From contig CBDCTJ010000003.1 of assembly GCA_965222115.1 (NCBI GenBank), forward strand, positions 503,948 through 567,947: a DNA stretch of 64,000 nt, given 5' to 3'. The position numbers and the translations under genes were made by a program. Shown piece after piece: positions 39,367 to 48,689 of the stretch; position 1 is the stretch's first letter; every line of letters begins with the position of its first letter. The notes under the pieces are model-generated. The model worked only from the letters and a program-made list of their open reading frames with translations. It did not search any database and was not told the origin of the DNA. The DNA is from Planctomycetota bacterium. Lineage in GTDB: Bacteria; Planctomycetota; PLA2; JAEUHO01.

Positions 39367-39768
39367 CTATTCGTTGGGACCGTCATCTACCACGGCATCC
39401 GCCTCAATCTCTATCAGCATCTGCGGATCGATCAGGGCCTTCACTTCTACCATGGTCGTTGCGGGCGGGTGATCCGCAAACACCTCGCGATGCGCACGGC
39501 CAATGCTCTCCCACAGTGAAATGTCCGTAACGAACAGACGCGTGCGTACGACGCTTTCGATGTCCGCACCCACATCTGCCAGGGCCTTTCGGATAATCTC
39601 CAAACATCGCTGCGTCTGCGCGTGCGCGTCGCCGGGCGCAAACACGCTTCCATCCTCAGCCACGGGCGCCGTTCCAGTCACAAATACCTGCGCGCCAACG
39701 CGCACTGCGCGACAGTAACCGACCTTCGATTCCCATGGTGCACCACTGTATGCGCGCCGGACTGTCAT
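39367..39768 (-). CDS. RidA/YjgF family protein
   Basis: WESKVGYCRAVRVG, VVRTR, PATTMVEV and IEIEADA motifs. Confidence 0.93.
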   Translation of the reverse strand: MTVRRAYSGAPWESKVGYCRAVRVGAQVFVTGTAPVAEDGSVFAPGDAHAQTQRCLEIIRKALADVGADIESVVRTRLFVTDISLWESIGRAHREVFADHPPATTMVEVKALIDPQMLIEIEADAVVDDGPNE

Positions 39769-40337
39769 GAGCCGCCTCCTTGCATTGCCTTGGGATTGTG
39801 GGAGATCGCATTTTGGATTACGCTACGAATAAATACGGACTTGGCCTCGGTGTATGCCTCTCGGTCATCGAAATGAATACGGGCGAGACTACGTTTGAGC
39901 ATTGCATACCCATCACGATCCTTGGGATGCCGGCGAAGCCAGTCTCGAAACGTCACGTGCTCCACAAGCGGCACACTACCGTCCACGCACACGTAGAGAT
40001 GGTGGTGCCTCCACCAACGCGAGGGCGAAGTGATCGGCACACAACGAGTCCGGGCACGGAACGATTCGCGTCCTTCAATACCCTTGTCACCCTGATGTTC
40101 ATAGCCCAGACGGTCGAGGTTCTTGACGACTTGCACCAGATGCTGCTGGTGTGAAATAACAATGTCGAGATCAATGATTGGCTTTGCCGCCAAACCGGGG
40201 ACCGACGTGCTTCCAACGTGCTCGATGCGGTCCACACCCGCCGGTAGGGATCTCATGATGACCAACGAAAGCGTACGAAATTCATCGACCCACCCGGGGT
40301 CGTAGTCGGCGATAATCAAGGTCTTGGCGGATTTCAC
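39765..40337 (-). CDS. GrpB family (UPF0157) nucleotidyltransferase-like protein
   Basis: IEHVGSTSVPGLAAKPIIDLD, FRDWLR and YTEAK motifs. Confidence 0.92.
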   Translation of the reverse strand: MKSAKTLIIADYDPGWVDEFRTLSLVIMRSLPAGVDRIEHVGSTSVPGLAAKPIIDLDIVISHQQHLVQVVKNLDRLGYEHQGDKGIEGRESFRARTRCVPITSPSRWWRHHHLYVCVDGSVPLVEHVTFRDWLRRHPKDRDGYAMLKRSLARIHFDDREAYTEAKSVFIRSVIQNAISHNPKAMQGGGS

Positions 40338-40485
40338 GGTCTCAAATTTATGCGCAGGCGCAATGGCTGCCTACACCTCATTGATGGACCTCTCTCACTC
40401 GCACTTCTTCCCAGAACCTGGCACATGGACGTCGTTCATCCTTGGTTACGACAAAGAGTAGTGGTGCATAGCCCGCAGGACCAGG

Positions 40486-41202
40486 CTAGCTCTCATTCGT
40501 TCGCGTGACCCGACGAAGGCAGTCTAGCGCGTCAATCGATTCGTCGTGGCGTCCTGCCTGCGCCAACACGACACATCCTCGACGAGCCCCCGTTTCCCGT
40601 TCGCTTGGAGAGGCGGGCCACCACGCCGCAAGGGCGTGCTTCTGAATGGCGGGTTTGATGTAGTCGTACTCGAGCACCGCTCCAGGTCCGTAGTCGTCGT
40701 ACTGGTAGCCCTTATCGTCGTCTACGCGAAAATCGTCGACCATGACCATGGCCGCACCATTTCGTTCAAAAACAATATCGATCTCTTCGGCCAAGGGGAG
40801 ATCGGCCTCCCAGTGTGCATCGAGATAAGCAAAGATCGGCTCCGCATTGGGCTCAATCGTTCGGCGCAGCATCTCGCGCGAGTCTTCGAGATTCAGGTGG
40901 ACATTGGAGAGCGACTGGGTGCGTTGCTGGGCGAATCCAAAGTAGCGCGGCTGGGACTCAACCGAGTGAATTGGCGCATCGGTCAGTGTCGCCAGCCACT
41001 GCGTCGTGGCGCCCCGAAACGTTCCGGTTTCGAATATCGCCGTTGGTGGTATCACGCGAAACAATTCAGTCACGATCTTCCTGCGCTCGGCCTGGCCATT
41101 CATGGGCTCGCCCATGTCTCTGCCTTTGCGCACTTTGCGTCGATACCTGCGGCGACCACGGCGTATGATTCGCGATTGCCGCAAGCGCTCCAACACGGAC
41201 AT
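40486..41202 (-). CDS. putative SAM-dependent methyltransferase associated with the glycan cluster
   Basis: FETGTFRGATT, SVE, YLDAHW..DLPLAEE and MVDDFR motifs. Start uncertain. Confidence 0.7.
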   Translation of the reverse strand: MSVLERLRQSRIIRRGRRRYRRKVRKGRDMGEPMNGQAERRKIVTELFRVIPPTAIFETGTFRGATTQWLATLTDAPIHSVESQPRYFGFAQQRTQSLSNVHLNLEDSREMLRRTIEPNAEPIFAYLDAHWEADLPLAEEIDIVFERNGAAMVMVDDFRVDDDKGYQYDDYGPGAVLEYDYIKPAIQKHALAAWWPASPSERETGARRGCVVLAQAGRHDESIDALDCLRRVTRTNES

Positions 41203-41466
41203 GCTTCGTTTCACGAGGTTCTCCGAACGAATCGGTCCGCCCAAGCACTCAAATCGCGCACTGTACGGACCTGATCCATGGGCACCATTTCTGCATGAAT
41301 TACAAGTCTGAAGCTTAGCCTCGGTGCCGAATAATCCCGGTCAAAATCGGGCGTCATTCTTCCGTGTTTCGGCCGATCCACATCGCGCGAATTCGGGAGT
41401 CCGAGCCCCTCTCCCATGCTCCATGGCATCGCCGGTTTGCTCCTTCCCGCGGTTCCGACGGAGGGC

Positions 41467-41546
41467 TAGCCCGAACTATTCATGAAGCGCGCGTCGAGGA
41501 GTCCATAAGCGCGCGATTTGCGCCAGTTCGTGAATGGTCCGGGCTA
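41467..41546. mobile_element. 80-bp mini-MITE (internally deleted relative of the 59402 element)
   Basis: Ends TAGCCCGAACTATTCATGAA and TTCGTGAATGGTCCGGGCTA. Subterminal sequence matches the 59402 element in reverse orientation. CTAG/CTAA at the junctions. Confidence 0.75.
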
Positions 41547-41556
41547 AGATGGCGCG

Positions 41557-42585
41557 ATGCGAACAGCCCTAATCACCGGGATTACAGGCCAAGATGGCTC
41601 GTACCTCGCGGAGTACTTGCTTGCCAAAGGTTATGATGTGCACGGCATTATGCGGCGCGCCAGTGACTTCAATACTCGCCGCGTCGATCACTTGATTCAG
41701 GATGACCGCGACGCAAGTGTTCGCTTTCACCTTCATTTCGGGGACTTGCTCGACAGTTCTTCGCTCAAACGGCTGATTCGAACCGTCAAACCGAATGAGG
41801 TCTATAACCTTGGCGCGCAAAGTCATGTGCGCGTTTCGTTTGACATGCCTACGTTTACGGTAGATACAGTGGCGCTCGGCACATTGCGCCTCCTGGAGGC
41901 CATTCGCGATGTGGCGCCCGATACGACACGCTTTTACCAAGCGGGTAGCAGCGAGATGTTCGGCTCTGCGCCGCCACCGCAAAATGAGAACACGGTATTC
42001 GCCCCGCGCAGCCCCTATGCATGCGCAAAGGTCTTCGCGCATCTCCAAACGGTCAACTATCGCGAGGCCTATGGCATGTTCGCCGCCAATGGCATCCTGT
42101 TTAATCATGAAAGCCCCCGTCGAGGGGAGACCTTTGTTACCCGAAAGGTCACGCGTGCCGCGACCCGCATCAAACTCGGTCTACAAGACAAGCTCTACCT
42201 CGGAAATCTCGACGCCCGGCGCGACTGGGGATTCGCCGGCGACTACGTCGAGGCCATGTGGCTCATGTTGCAGCAGAAGGAGCCTAGCGATTTCGTGGTT
42301 GCCACGGGTGCGGATCACTCTGTGCGGGAGTGGACGGAGGGCGTGTTTGAGTTGCTCGATCTCAACATGGACGACCACGTAGAGTTCGATCCCCGGTATC
42401 TCCGCCCTTCGGAGGTCGATGCGCTGCGCGGGGACGCCTCCAAGGCTCGCGACACGCTCGGTTGGAAACCGCGCGTGGACTTTCGCGCACTAATGAAGAT
42501 GATGATCGAACACGATATGCAACTCGCCAAGCGCGAGCGCATCCTCGTGGACGCGGGTCACACCGGTGACGCTCCGATCGCGTGA
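41557..42585 (+). CDS. gmd: GDP-mannose 4,6-dehydratase
   Basis: [41 protein letters not shown] and RDWG motifs. Confidence 0.97.
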   Translation: MRTALITGITGQDGSYLAEYLLAKGYDVHGIMRRASDFNTRRVDHLIQDDRDASVRFHLHFGDLLDSSSLKRLIRTVKPNEVYNLGAQSHVRVSFDMPTFTVDTVALGTLRLLEAIRDVAPDTTRFYQAGSSEMFGSAPPPQNENTVFAPRSPYACAKVFAHLQTVNYREAYGMFAANGILFNHESPRRGETFVTRKVTRAATRIKLGLQDKLYLGNLDARRDWGFAGDYVEAMWLMLQQKEPSDFVVATGADHSVREWTEGVFELLDLNMDDHVEFDPRYLRPSEVDALRGDASKARDTLGWKPRVDFRALMKMMIEHDMQLAKRERILVDAGHTGDAPIA

Positions 42586-42643
42586 CGGTACAAGTCTCTT
42601 CAATCGCAAATTGGCGAGCAAACGGGTTTTGGAATCTGTGACT

Positions 42644-43600
42644 ATGGGCAATACACACGACGTCGTCATCACGGGTGGTACTGGTTTCTTGGGTCGCGCC
42701 GTCGCCGAGCGGCTCCCAAACGCGCTGGCGATTGGATCGCGGGATGTCGATCTCACCGACCGCGCCGATGTACTCGCGCGCTTTTCATCGTGGAAGCCCA
42801 AAATCATCATCCATCTCGCGGGACGCGTGGGTGGCATCACGGCCAACATGGCGGCGCCCGCCGACTTTTTGATCGACAACACGCATATGGCCATGAACGT
42901 CTTGGAGGCGGCCAAGCGCATACGCCCGGAACACCTCCTGGTCACCCTCTCCACGTGCATGTATCCCAACCAACTTGCCGATGACGACTACCCCATGGAC
43001 GAGTCGCTCTTCGATGCGGGACCGCCACCCCCCACCAACGCGCCCTACGCACTTGCCAAACGTGCGCTACTCGTGGGCACGCGTGCGCTTCACGAGCAAT
43101 ACGGCATTCCATTTACCGCCCTCATTCCTACCAATCTCTACGGACCTGGAGATCATTTCGGCGAAGAAGGCAGCCACTTTCTTGCCGCTGCGATCGATAA
43201 GGTAGAGCGGGCGCGAAGGGCCAATGCAGAACATGTCACGTTCTTCGGCACAGGTATCGCACGCCGACAATTCGCCTTTGCAGATGACGTCGCACGTCTA
43301 ATCGAATCGTGCGTATCGTCGGGTCCGAGCAACGAAACGTATAATGTGGCTTCTTCGGACGACTACAGCATTGCGGACATCGCAACATGCGTGGCGCGCG
43401 TGGCTGGGTTCAAGGGCGATGTAGTCTTTAGCGGAAAGGGACCCGATGGCCAGTTCCGAAAAGACGTGTCAACGAGACGGCTGCGGAACGCCTTCCCTGC
43501 ATGGGCAGCTTCGGAGACGTCGCTGGAAGACGGCATTCAAAAGACGTTAGCGTGGTATCGCGCGCAACCGGAGCACGCACGCCCCGCCCACTCTGGATAG
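42644..43600 (+). CDS. fcl: GDP-L-fucose synthase
   Basis: GGTGFLG, HLAGRVGGI.AN, STCMYP, YALAKR and PTNLYGPGD motifs; follows gmd. Confidence 0.88.
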   Translation: MGNTHDVVITGGTGFLGRAVAERLPNALAIGSRDVDLTDRADVLARFSSWKPKIIIHLAGRVGGITANMAAPADFLIDNTHMAMNVLEAAKRIRPEHLLVTLSTCMYPNQLADDDYPMDESLFDAGPPPPTNAPYALAKRALLVGTRALHEQYGIPFTALIPTNLYGPGDHFGEEGSHFLAAAIDKVERARRANAEHVTFFGTGIARRQFAFADDVARLIESCVSSGPSNETYNVASSDDYSIADIATCVARVAGFKGDVVFSGKGPDGQFRKDVSTRRLRNAFPAWAASETSLEDGIQKTLAWYRAQPEHARPAHSG

Positions 43601-43674
43601 TGAAACTGCGTTTGTTCAAGCCATCGGTTATGTTGAGTTCGAGGCCTGATAGAGGGCACGGCTCAGTGCAATTC

Positions 43675-44547
43675 CTATAGACGTAACCAGTCGGCCGGAC
43701 ACACGTCGGGGCTTGGGGCGCCCTTGGCCAGCCATCGCTTCGGTGCGATGACGACCCTTTCTTTGGCTGTGGACAACCACGCTCCCCACCACGAAAACGA
43801 ACTGTTCGCAATGATGTGCTTCGAACAACAGCTCATGAGATACATGTCCTCGTAGTCTCGTGCTGCGCCGTTGTGATCCACGTAGTTTGTAGGCCCGGGC
43901 AGCGTCAAGTGGGCCTTCACCCAATCGATATCGTCGCTGAAAACAAAGAATGTTGGGGACGTGGCGTGTCGCGCGATTTCATCCGCGGCAGCGCGGTAGT
44001 ATTCGAGCGAACATGTGCCGTGAACCGCGTTTGCGTCGGCATCGGTCACGTAGTCCCCGCGCCGGATATGTACCGAAGTCGCATCCGACGTCTGCATGCG
44101 ATTTGCCACGGCCTCACTTTCAGGCGAGAGCGGTTCACGAAGCGAAAAGTCTGCACGCAACGATTCGGCAATCGGTTCAAAGTAGCGCGCACTCTGCCAG
44201 TAGCCCTTGAGGTAGAGCGGCGATGCTCGTTTTACGACCGATGGGTCGTATTGAAATGGCGTGGTCTCGCGTACATACGATTCCGGTCGCAACGACGGAC
44301 GCAAGAATCGCGGGACCCACGACGATCGTCGCCACCCCGTTCCACGTCGTAGTCGCACAACGTCTTCGCTGCGAGCGATTGGCGTATTCACCCGATATCG
44401 ATGCAGTGTGTACGTTCGCAGGGGATAGTCGTCGAATGCGGATAGATCCAAGAAAAGAGGCTCACCACGTTCAAGACTCAGTCGGCGGCCCAGCGCATAC
44501 TGGAACATCTGATTGCCCAAGCCACCCAGAATGCGAGAGATGATCAT
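43675..44547 (-). CDS. alpha-1,2-fucosyltransferase (GT11)
   Basis: GGLGNQMFQYA, GYWQS, SVHIRRGDY, FSDD and ANSSFSWWGAWL motifs. Confidence 0.93.
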   Translation of the reverse strand: MIISRILGGLGNQMFQYALGRRLSLERGEPLFLDLSAFDDYPLRTYTLHRYRVNTPIARSEDVVRLRRGTGWRRSSWVPRFLRPSLRPESYVRETTPFQYDPSVVKRASPLYLKGYWQSARYFEPIAESLRADFSLREPLSPESEAVANRMQTSDATSVHIRRGDYVTDADANAVHGTCSLEYYRAAADEIARHATSPTFFVFSDDIDWVKAHLTLPGPTNYVDHNGAARDYEDMYLMSCCSKHIIANSSFSWWGAWLSTAKERVVIAPKRWLAKGAPSPDVCPADWLRL

Positions 44548-44587
44548 GTGCTTTCTACATCCTTGGATCGCTATGCATTGCGCAACG

Positions 44588-45382
44588 TCAGCGATTGACG
44601 ACCGTACGCGGAGGAGCATCGCTCAGCGCATCATACGGTCGCATTTGGGTGATTTCGGCGGCACTCAAAACTTGTTCATCGGCGTGGGCCCGATGGTCAC
44701 TCATAGGATTGTTATTGTTGTAAATGTAGAGAATTTCGGGAACGAACCGAGCGTGATCGGGACCCGCCATTTCGAGCATAGGGACCATGACCGCCACATC
44801 GGACGCAATGCGAAAGTACTCACCACTTGAGCGACGTAGGTCTTCGTCACGGATTGACTGAAATAGAAAGTTCTTGTAGGTGCGGAGATGACTTGCTTGA
44901 AAGCGGTGATAGCGATACAGCCGATTGCGACGAATCACAGCTGGGTAATCGCGCTTGAGGCCCGCCTTGGGCTTGCGGCGCAGGCGTTCACGTAGTGTCC
45001 CCTTCCAGCGCGTGTGATTGCCATACGTCATCCATACCTGCTCGTCTTGATAAATCTCACGCACTCGTTTGAGCACGCCGGGATGGGCCAACCAATCATC
45101 GCCGTCGCAAATGACAATGATGTCATGCGGATCTCGAACGATTGTCTTCACGCCGAGCAGGTTGTTGGCGAGCGTGTAGGCACGTTCGGGTGGCTGAATA
45201 AGCGTAAAACGCGAATCCGCGCCGACGACGTCGTTAACTCGTTCCCAGGTCCCGTCGTCGCTGTGGTCATCAATGAACGCGCAGTGAAAATCTACATCCG
45301 CCTGTGCTTGGATCGAGCGCACGGATCGCTCGACCCATTCCACGCAGTTCCGTGCGGGTGAAATGACACAGATTCTACTCAT
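44588..45382 (-). CDS. glycosyltransferase family 2
   Basis: IDDHSDDGT, DGDDW, SHLRT and LYIYN motifs. Confidence 0.88.
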   Translation of the reverse strand: MSRICVISPARNCVEWVERSVRSIQAQADVDFHCAFIDDHSDDGTWERVNDVVGADSRFTLIQPPERAYTLANNLLGVKTIVRDPHDIIVICDGDDWLAHPGVLKRVREIYQDEQVWMTYGNHTRWKGTLRERLRRKPKAGLKRDYPAVIRRNRLYRYHRFQASHLRTYKNFLFQSIRDEDLRRSSGEYFRIASDVAVMVPMLEMAGPDHARFVPEILYIYNNNNPMSDHRAHADEQVLSAAEITQMRPYDALSDAPPRTVVNR

Positions 45383-46391
45383 AGGGAGCTCCCCCCAACT
45401 GCCCACGATCCTTCATTGAGCGCGCATGCCGAAACACGTGTTCGTAGCCCAAGAACTCGGGCATGTCGTAGGAGCAGAAGTGAGGCCGTGCAAAGTCGGT
45501 CGTCGGTTCAAATCCGTCGATGGAGCGGCATATCCCGACAAGTCCCGCACACAGTGGCTTTCCCATGGCGAGGGTGTCAAGAATGGAGAATCCCAAGCTC
45601 TCACTGTCCGAGAAGCAAACGTATCCGGCGCAGCGTTCGTAGAGCGAATACAGTTGGGGCTGTGTGGCGCCTTCTACGCGAATCAAGCGGTTGTGATCAA
45701 ACGCATGGAGGTAGCGATCAAGTTTCTTGCGTTGGGAACGACTGCTCTTGGCAAAGGTTGTGCGGTCGTAACACCAGACGAGCGGAAGATCTACGGCATG
45801 AAGAAAGGCGGGAAGGTGACGATGCCCCTTGATACTCCCGTAGGGCGTAAACACAGAGAGATAGAAGGGCACGTCCGGACACCGTGAGTCATCGCGCTCT
45901 CGAATCATTGTAGGTCGTGGATCCGGAGCGGCTACGACGTGCGGACGAGGTAGCGATGCTGCGCGCGGCGTCTCGCAGTGGTAGAGGTCGGTCGCGGACA
46001 CGTAGCGACGTTTGGAATCAAGATCGAGCACGATGCGCGGCGCTCGCAACGATTCAAGACGTCGCACCCAGGTCTTTGCACCGAGCCCCGCGGGCATGAT
46101 GTATACGAAATCAAATGCTTGGGACGCCAAGTCGGACGTCCATTGTTTTCCGGATGCAACCGCTACGTGTTCTGTGGGCGTTACCGTGTAGGGACCCACG
46201 GGAAAGTCGTCATTCTCAAGCACCATGAGCGCGCTATAGCCCGACGATTCCACCCACATGGCGAAGTGTTTTGTGAGTCGCTCGATCCCGCCAATTCCGC
46301 CATTGAATGGCCCAACGAATAGCAGACGCCCCTTAGGTCCGGGAGCGGGAAGCGGCACCGCTGATGATTTGGTGGAGCGAAATGGCGTCAC
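45375..46391 (-). CDS. divergent GT-B/GT4-like glycosyltransferase
   Basis: GGIERL near the N-terminus, KG, and SESLGFSILDTLAMGKP resembling the E-x7-E motif. Confidence 0.65.
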   Translation of the reverse strand: MTPFRSTKSSAVPLPAPGPKGRLLFVGPFNGGIGGIERLTKHFAMWVESSGYSALMVLENDDFPVGPYTVTPTEHVAVASGKQWTSDLASQAFDFVYIMPAGLGAKTWVRRLESLRAPRIVLDLDSKRRYVSATDLYHCETPRAASLPRPHVVAAPDPRPTMIRERDDSRCPDVPFYLSVFTPYGSIKGHRHLPAFLHAVDLPLVWCYDRTTFAKSSRSQRKKLDRYLHAFDHNRLIRVEGATQPQLYSLYERCAGYVCFSDSESLGFSILDTLAMGKPLCAGLVGICRSIDGFEPTTDFARPHFCSYDMPEFLGYEHVFRHARSMKDRGQLGGAPYE

Positions 46392-46436
46392 GGGTGGCCA
46401 AGATACCTCTCGCGATCACGTGTGATGAATCGTTTC

Positions 46437-47411
46437 TCATGGTCGAGGTGATTGTAGCTTGTGAAGTACGCCACGGAGCCAATGCACAAGGTTGAGTTCG
46501 TTTACAATGCGAGTTCGGGCGTTAGCGATCCCAGTCATACGAGCTTCCCTCTCGGGCGCCTGCAACGCATGCGAGATCACGCCGATACCGCCATCCTCCA
46601 AATCGGGCAGGCGAATGTACGCATCCGGCGAGAGGAAGGCCTCGGCGGCCATGGAGCCGTAGTAGATCGGTATGGACCACGCCACGAGTGGATCCCACAA
46701 CTTTTCAGTCACATACAATTCCGTGTCTGCGTCGTTCTCAATGGCCAGCGTAAATCGAGCGCGATACAAAATGTCGTGCTTGAATTCCACGGGCCCCTTG
46801 CCCTCCAAGTCGGGAGGGAGGTCAACGCCATAGAGGTCAAACGGAATGGCCTCTCGTCGAAGTCGGCGCAAGAAGTCGAGTCTCGCTCGATGGCCCGGCA
46901 GGCGGTTCTTTCCCGACGTCACGATGGCTAAGTCCGCAGACTTTTCGCCCGGCGGCAACGCAAGAACCGCCTGAGGACTCAAAGGCGCACGCCACATTGC
47001 AGGCAGGGTAATGGGATCGCTTGCCCGTGGGTCCGGACCGAATACACGTCCGGCGTATTCCCGAGCAACCTCGTATTCGATGTCACTAACGATTCCGGGC
47101 GGCTCATAGAAGAGCACCGTGACGTCGTCCCGCGAACGCTTCAGGCGTTTGAAGCACGCCGCGAATCGCTCCCGATCGCTGCCTCTCCCACGAACGACGC
47201 GCATGAGACCGCGACGCCCCGGCCTACCGTTTTCGGGAATGGGCGTGCCGATACAGAGAATGTGGTCGGCGGTCCGATCAGGACCCACAAGTTGCAAATC
47301 GCCGTCCGCGCCACGGGGCCCGCGGCACATATTCCAAAACGCGTCTTGCACCGGTGTGCGACTGAGAAATACGCCAACCTTGATCAAGTCGTTGGAGGGC
47401 TGAGAGGTCAT
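46437..47411 (-). CDS. alpha-1,3/4-fucosyltransferase (GT10)
   Basis: FTLAIEN....YVTEKLWD.L....IPIYYG motif. Confidence 0.85.
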   Translation of the reverse strand: MTSQPSNDLIKVGVFLSRTPVQDAFWNMCRGPRGADGDLQLVGPDRTADHILCIGTPIPENGRPGRRGLMRVVRGRGSDRERFAACFKRLKRSRDDVTVLFYEPPGIVSDIEYEVAREYAGRVFGPDPRASDPITLPAMWRAPLSPQAVLALPPGEKSADLAIVTSGKNRLPGHRARLDFLRRLRREAIPFDLYGVDLPPDLEGKGPVEFKHDILYRARFTLAIENDADTELYVTEKLWDPLVAWSIPIYYGSMAAEAFLSPDAYIRLPDLEDGGIGVISHALQAPEREARMTGIANARTRIVNELNLVHWLRGVLHKLQSPRP

Positions 47412-47499
47412 CGGCGCGCGGTTCCATTGGCCAACAAAGCGGAAGACGGCCCCACTGAGGCTATCCGAAACCCCGCGAGATTATTGCTTCAGACCGCAA

Positions 47500-47521
47500 C
47501 TGTACTAGGTCGATAGTACAG
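47500..47521. promoter_or_regulatory. YtrA-type GntR operator palindrome
   Basis: CTGTACTA-N6-TAGTACAG ending 5 nt before the GntR ATG; resembles the TGTA...TACA sites of the YtrA subfamily. Confidence 0.8.
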
Positions 47522-47526
47522 CCGCC

Positions 47527-47919
47527 ATGGAGCCCATCCGTATCGATCCCCGGAGCAAAGCATCGCCATCACAGCAACTGATGGATGCACTCATGGATCG
47601 CATTGCCGGCGCTCGCTACGGCCCGGGCGACCGACTTCCGAGCGTGCGTGCGCTCGCGGGCGAAGCGCTTGTCAACCCCAACACGGTTAGCAAGGCCTAT
47701 CGCGAGTTGGAAGCGCAGGGCGTGGTTGTGGGGCGCAAGGGAAGCGGTGTGTTCGTAACGCCATCGGGACCCAAAGTAGCTGCTCGCATACGGCGTCGGG
47801 CAACGCAACAGGCACTGATTATCGCGTTTCAAGACGCCTTAGATGCAGGGCATGACCCAAGTGAACTATTCGATGCACTCGACCGCAAGTCGAGTATGCG
47901 GGGAGAACCCGTCTCATGA
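47527..47919 (+). CDS. GntR family regulator, YtrA subfamily
   Basis: PGDRLPSVRALA...VNPNTVSKAYRELE...G.GVFV; short C-terminal domain; precedes ABC genes. Confidence 0.92.
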   Translation: MEPIRIDPRSKASPSQQLMDALMDRIAGARYGPGDRLPSVRALAGEALVNPNTVSKAYRELEAQGVVVGRKGSGVFVTPSGPKVAARIRRRATQQALIIAFQDALDAGHDPSELFDALDRKSSMRGEPVS

Positions 47920-48689
47920 CGAAATCTGGAATCGACATTCAAGATCTGATCGTGGCCTACGGACGAACGGTCGTAATTGACAGCGTGATGTTGCACGTGC
48001 CCGAAGGCAGTACCACGCTACTTCTCGGGGGTAACGGGACCGGCAAAACGACGCTCCTCCAAGCATGTATTGGCGCACTGAAGGCGCGTGCGGGCACGAT
48101 CACGATCGATGGCGTAGATCCACAGCGTCATCGCTCCAAGGCACTTCGTGGCATCGGCTATGTGCCGGATAAGCCGGATGTCTACGGTTGGATGCGCCCA
48201 AACGACTTGTTCTCGCTGCTAAGAACCCACTATCCGACCTGGAACTCGAAACACGCCAGTGAACTCTGCGAGATGCTCCGCGTGCCGCTAGATACACGCG
48301 TCCGTTCAATGAGCAAGGGGCAGGGGATGAAGACGATGCTCGTCGCGGCACTTGCCCATGAACCGCGAGTGCTGTTGCTCGATGAACCGTTTGGAGGCAT
48401 GGACGTAGCCACCCGCGAAGACATCTTACGTGGTGTGATCGATGTGCTTGCGGGCGGTTCTCGCACCGTGCTCATTTCGACACACGACCTGGACATGGCA
48501 GCCCGCTTGGCTGATCGCGTAGCAGTACTTGAAAACGGAACCATCACGCGGGAAGGCGCGCTCGACGAGATTGCAGGCGACGCCGCACCAGCAACCGGAC
48601 TTCGCGATGTCGTTGCGGCCTCGGCAGCACGCCACGTGGACGCATCGGAACGCAAGCGAACGCACGTGAAGGAAGGAGCAATCCAATGA
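47916..48689 (+). CDS. ABC ATP-binding protein (YtrB-like)
   Basis: GGNGTGKTT, MSKGQ, LLLDEP and STHD motifs. Confidence 0.92.
   Translation: MTKSGIDIQDLIVAYGRTVVIDSVMLHVPEGSTTLLLGGNGTGKTTLLQACIGALKARAGTITIDGVDPQRHRSKALRGIGYVPDKPDVYGWMRPNDLFSLLRTHYPTWNSKHASELCEMLRVPLDTRVRSMSKGQGMKTMLVAALAHEPRVLLLDEPFGGMDVATREDILRGVIDVLAGGSRTVLISTHDLDMAARLADRVAVLENGTITREGALDEIAGDAAPATGLRDVVAASAARHVDASERKRTHVKEGAIQ

Noticed and set aside
40363-40461. 32-aa ORF MAAYTSLMDLSHSHFFPEPGTWTSFILGYDKE
   Set aside because: No clear RBS or recognisable homology; cannot be supported without conservation data.
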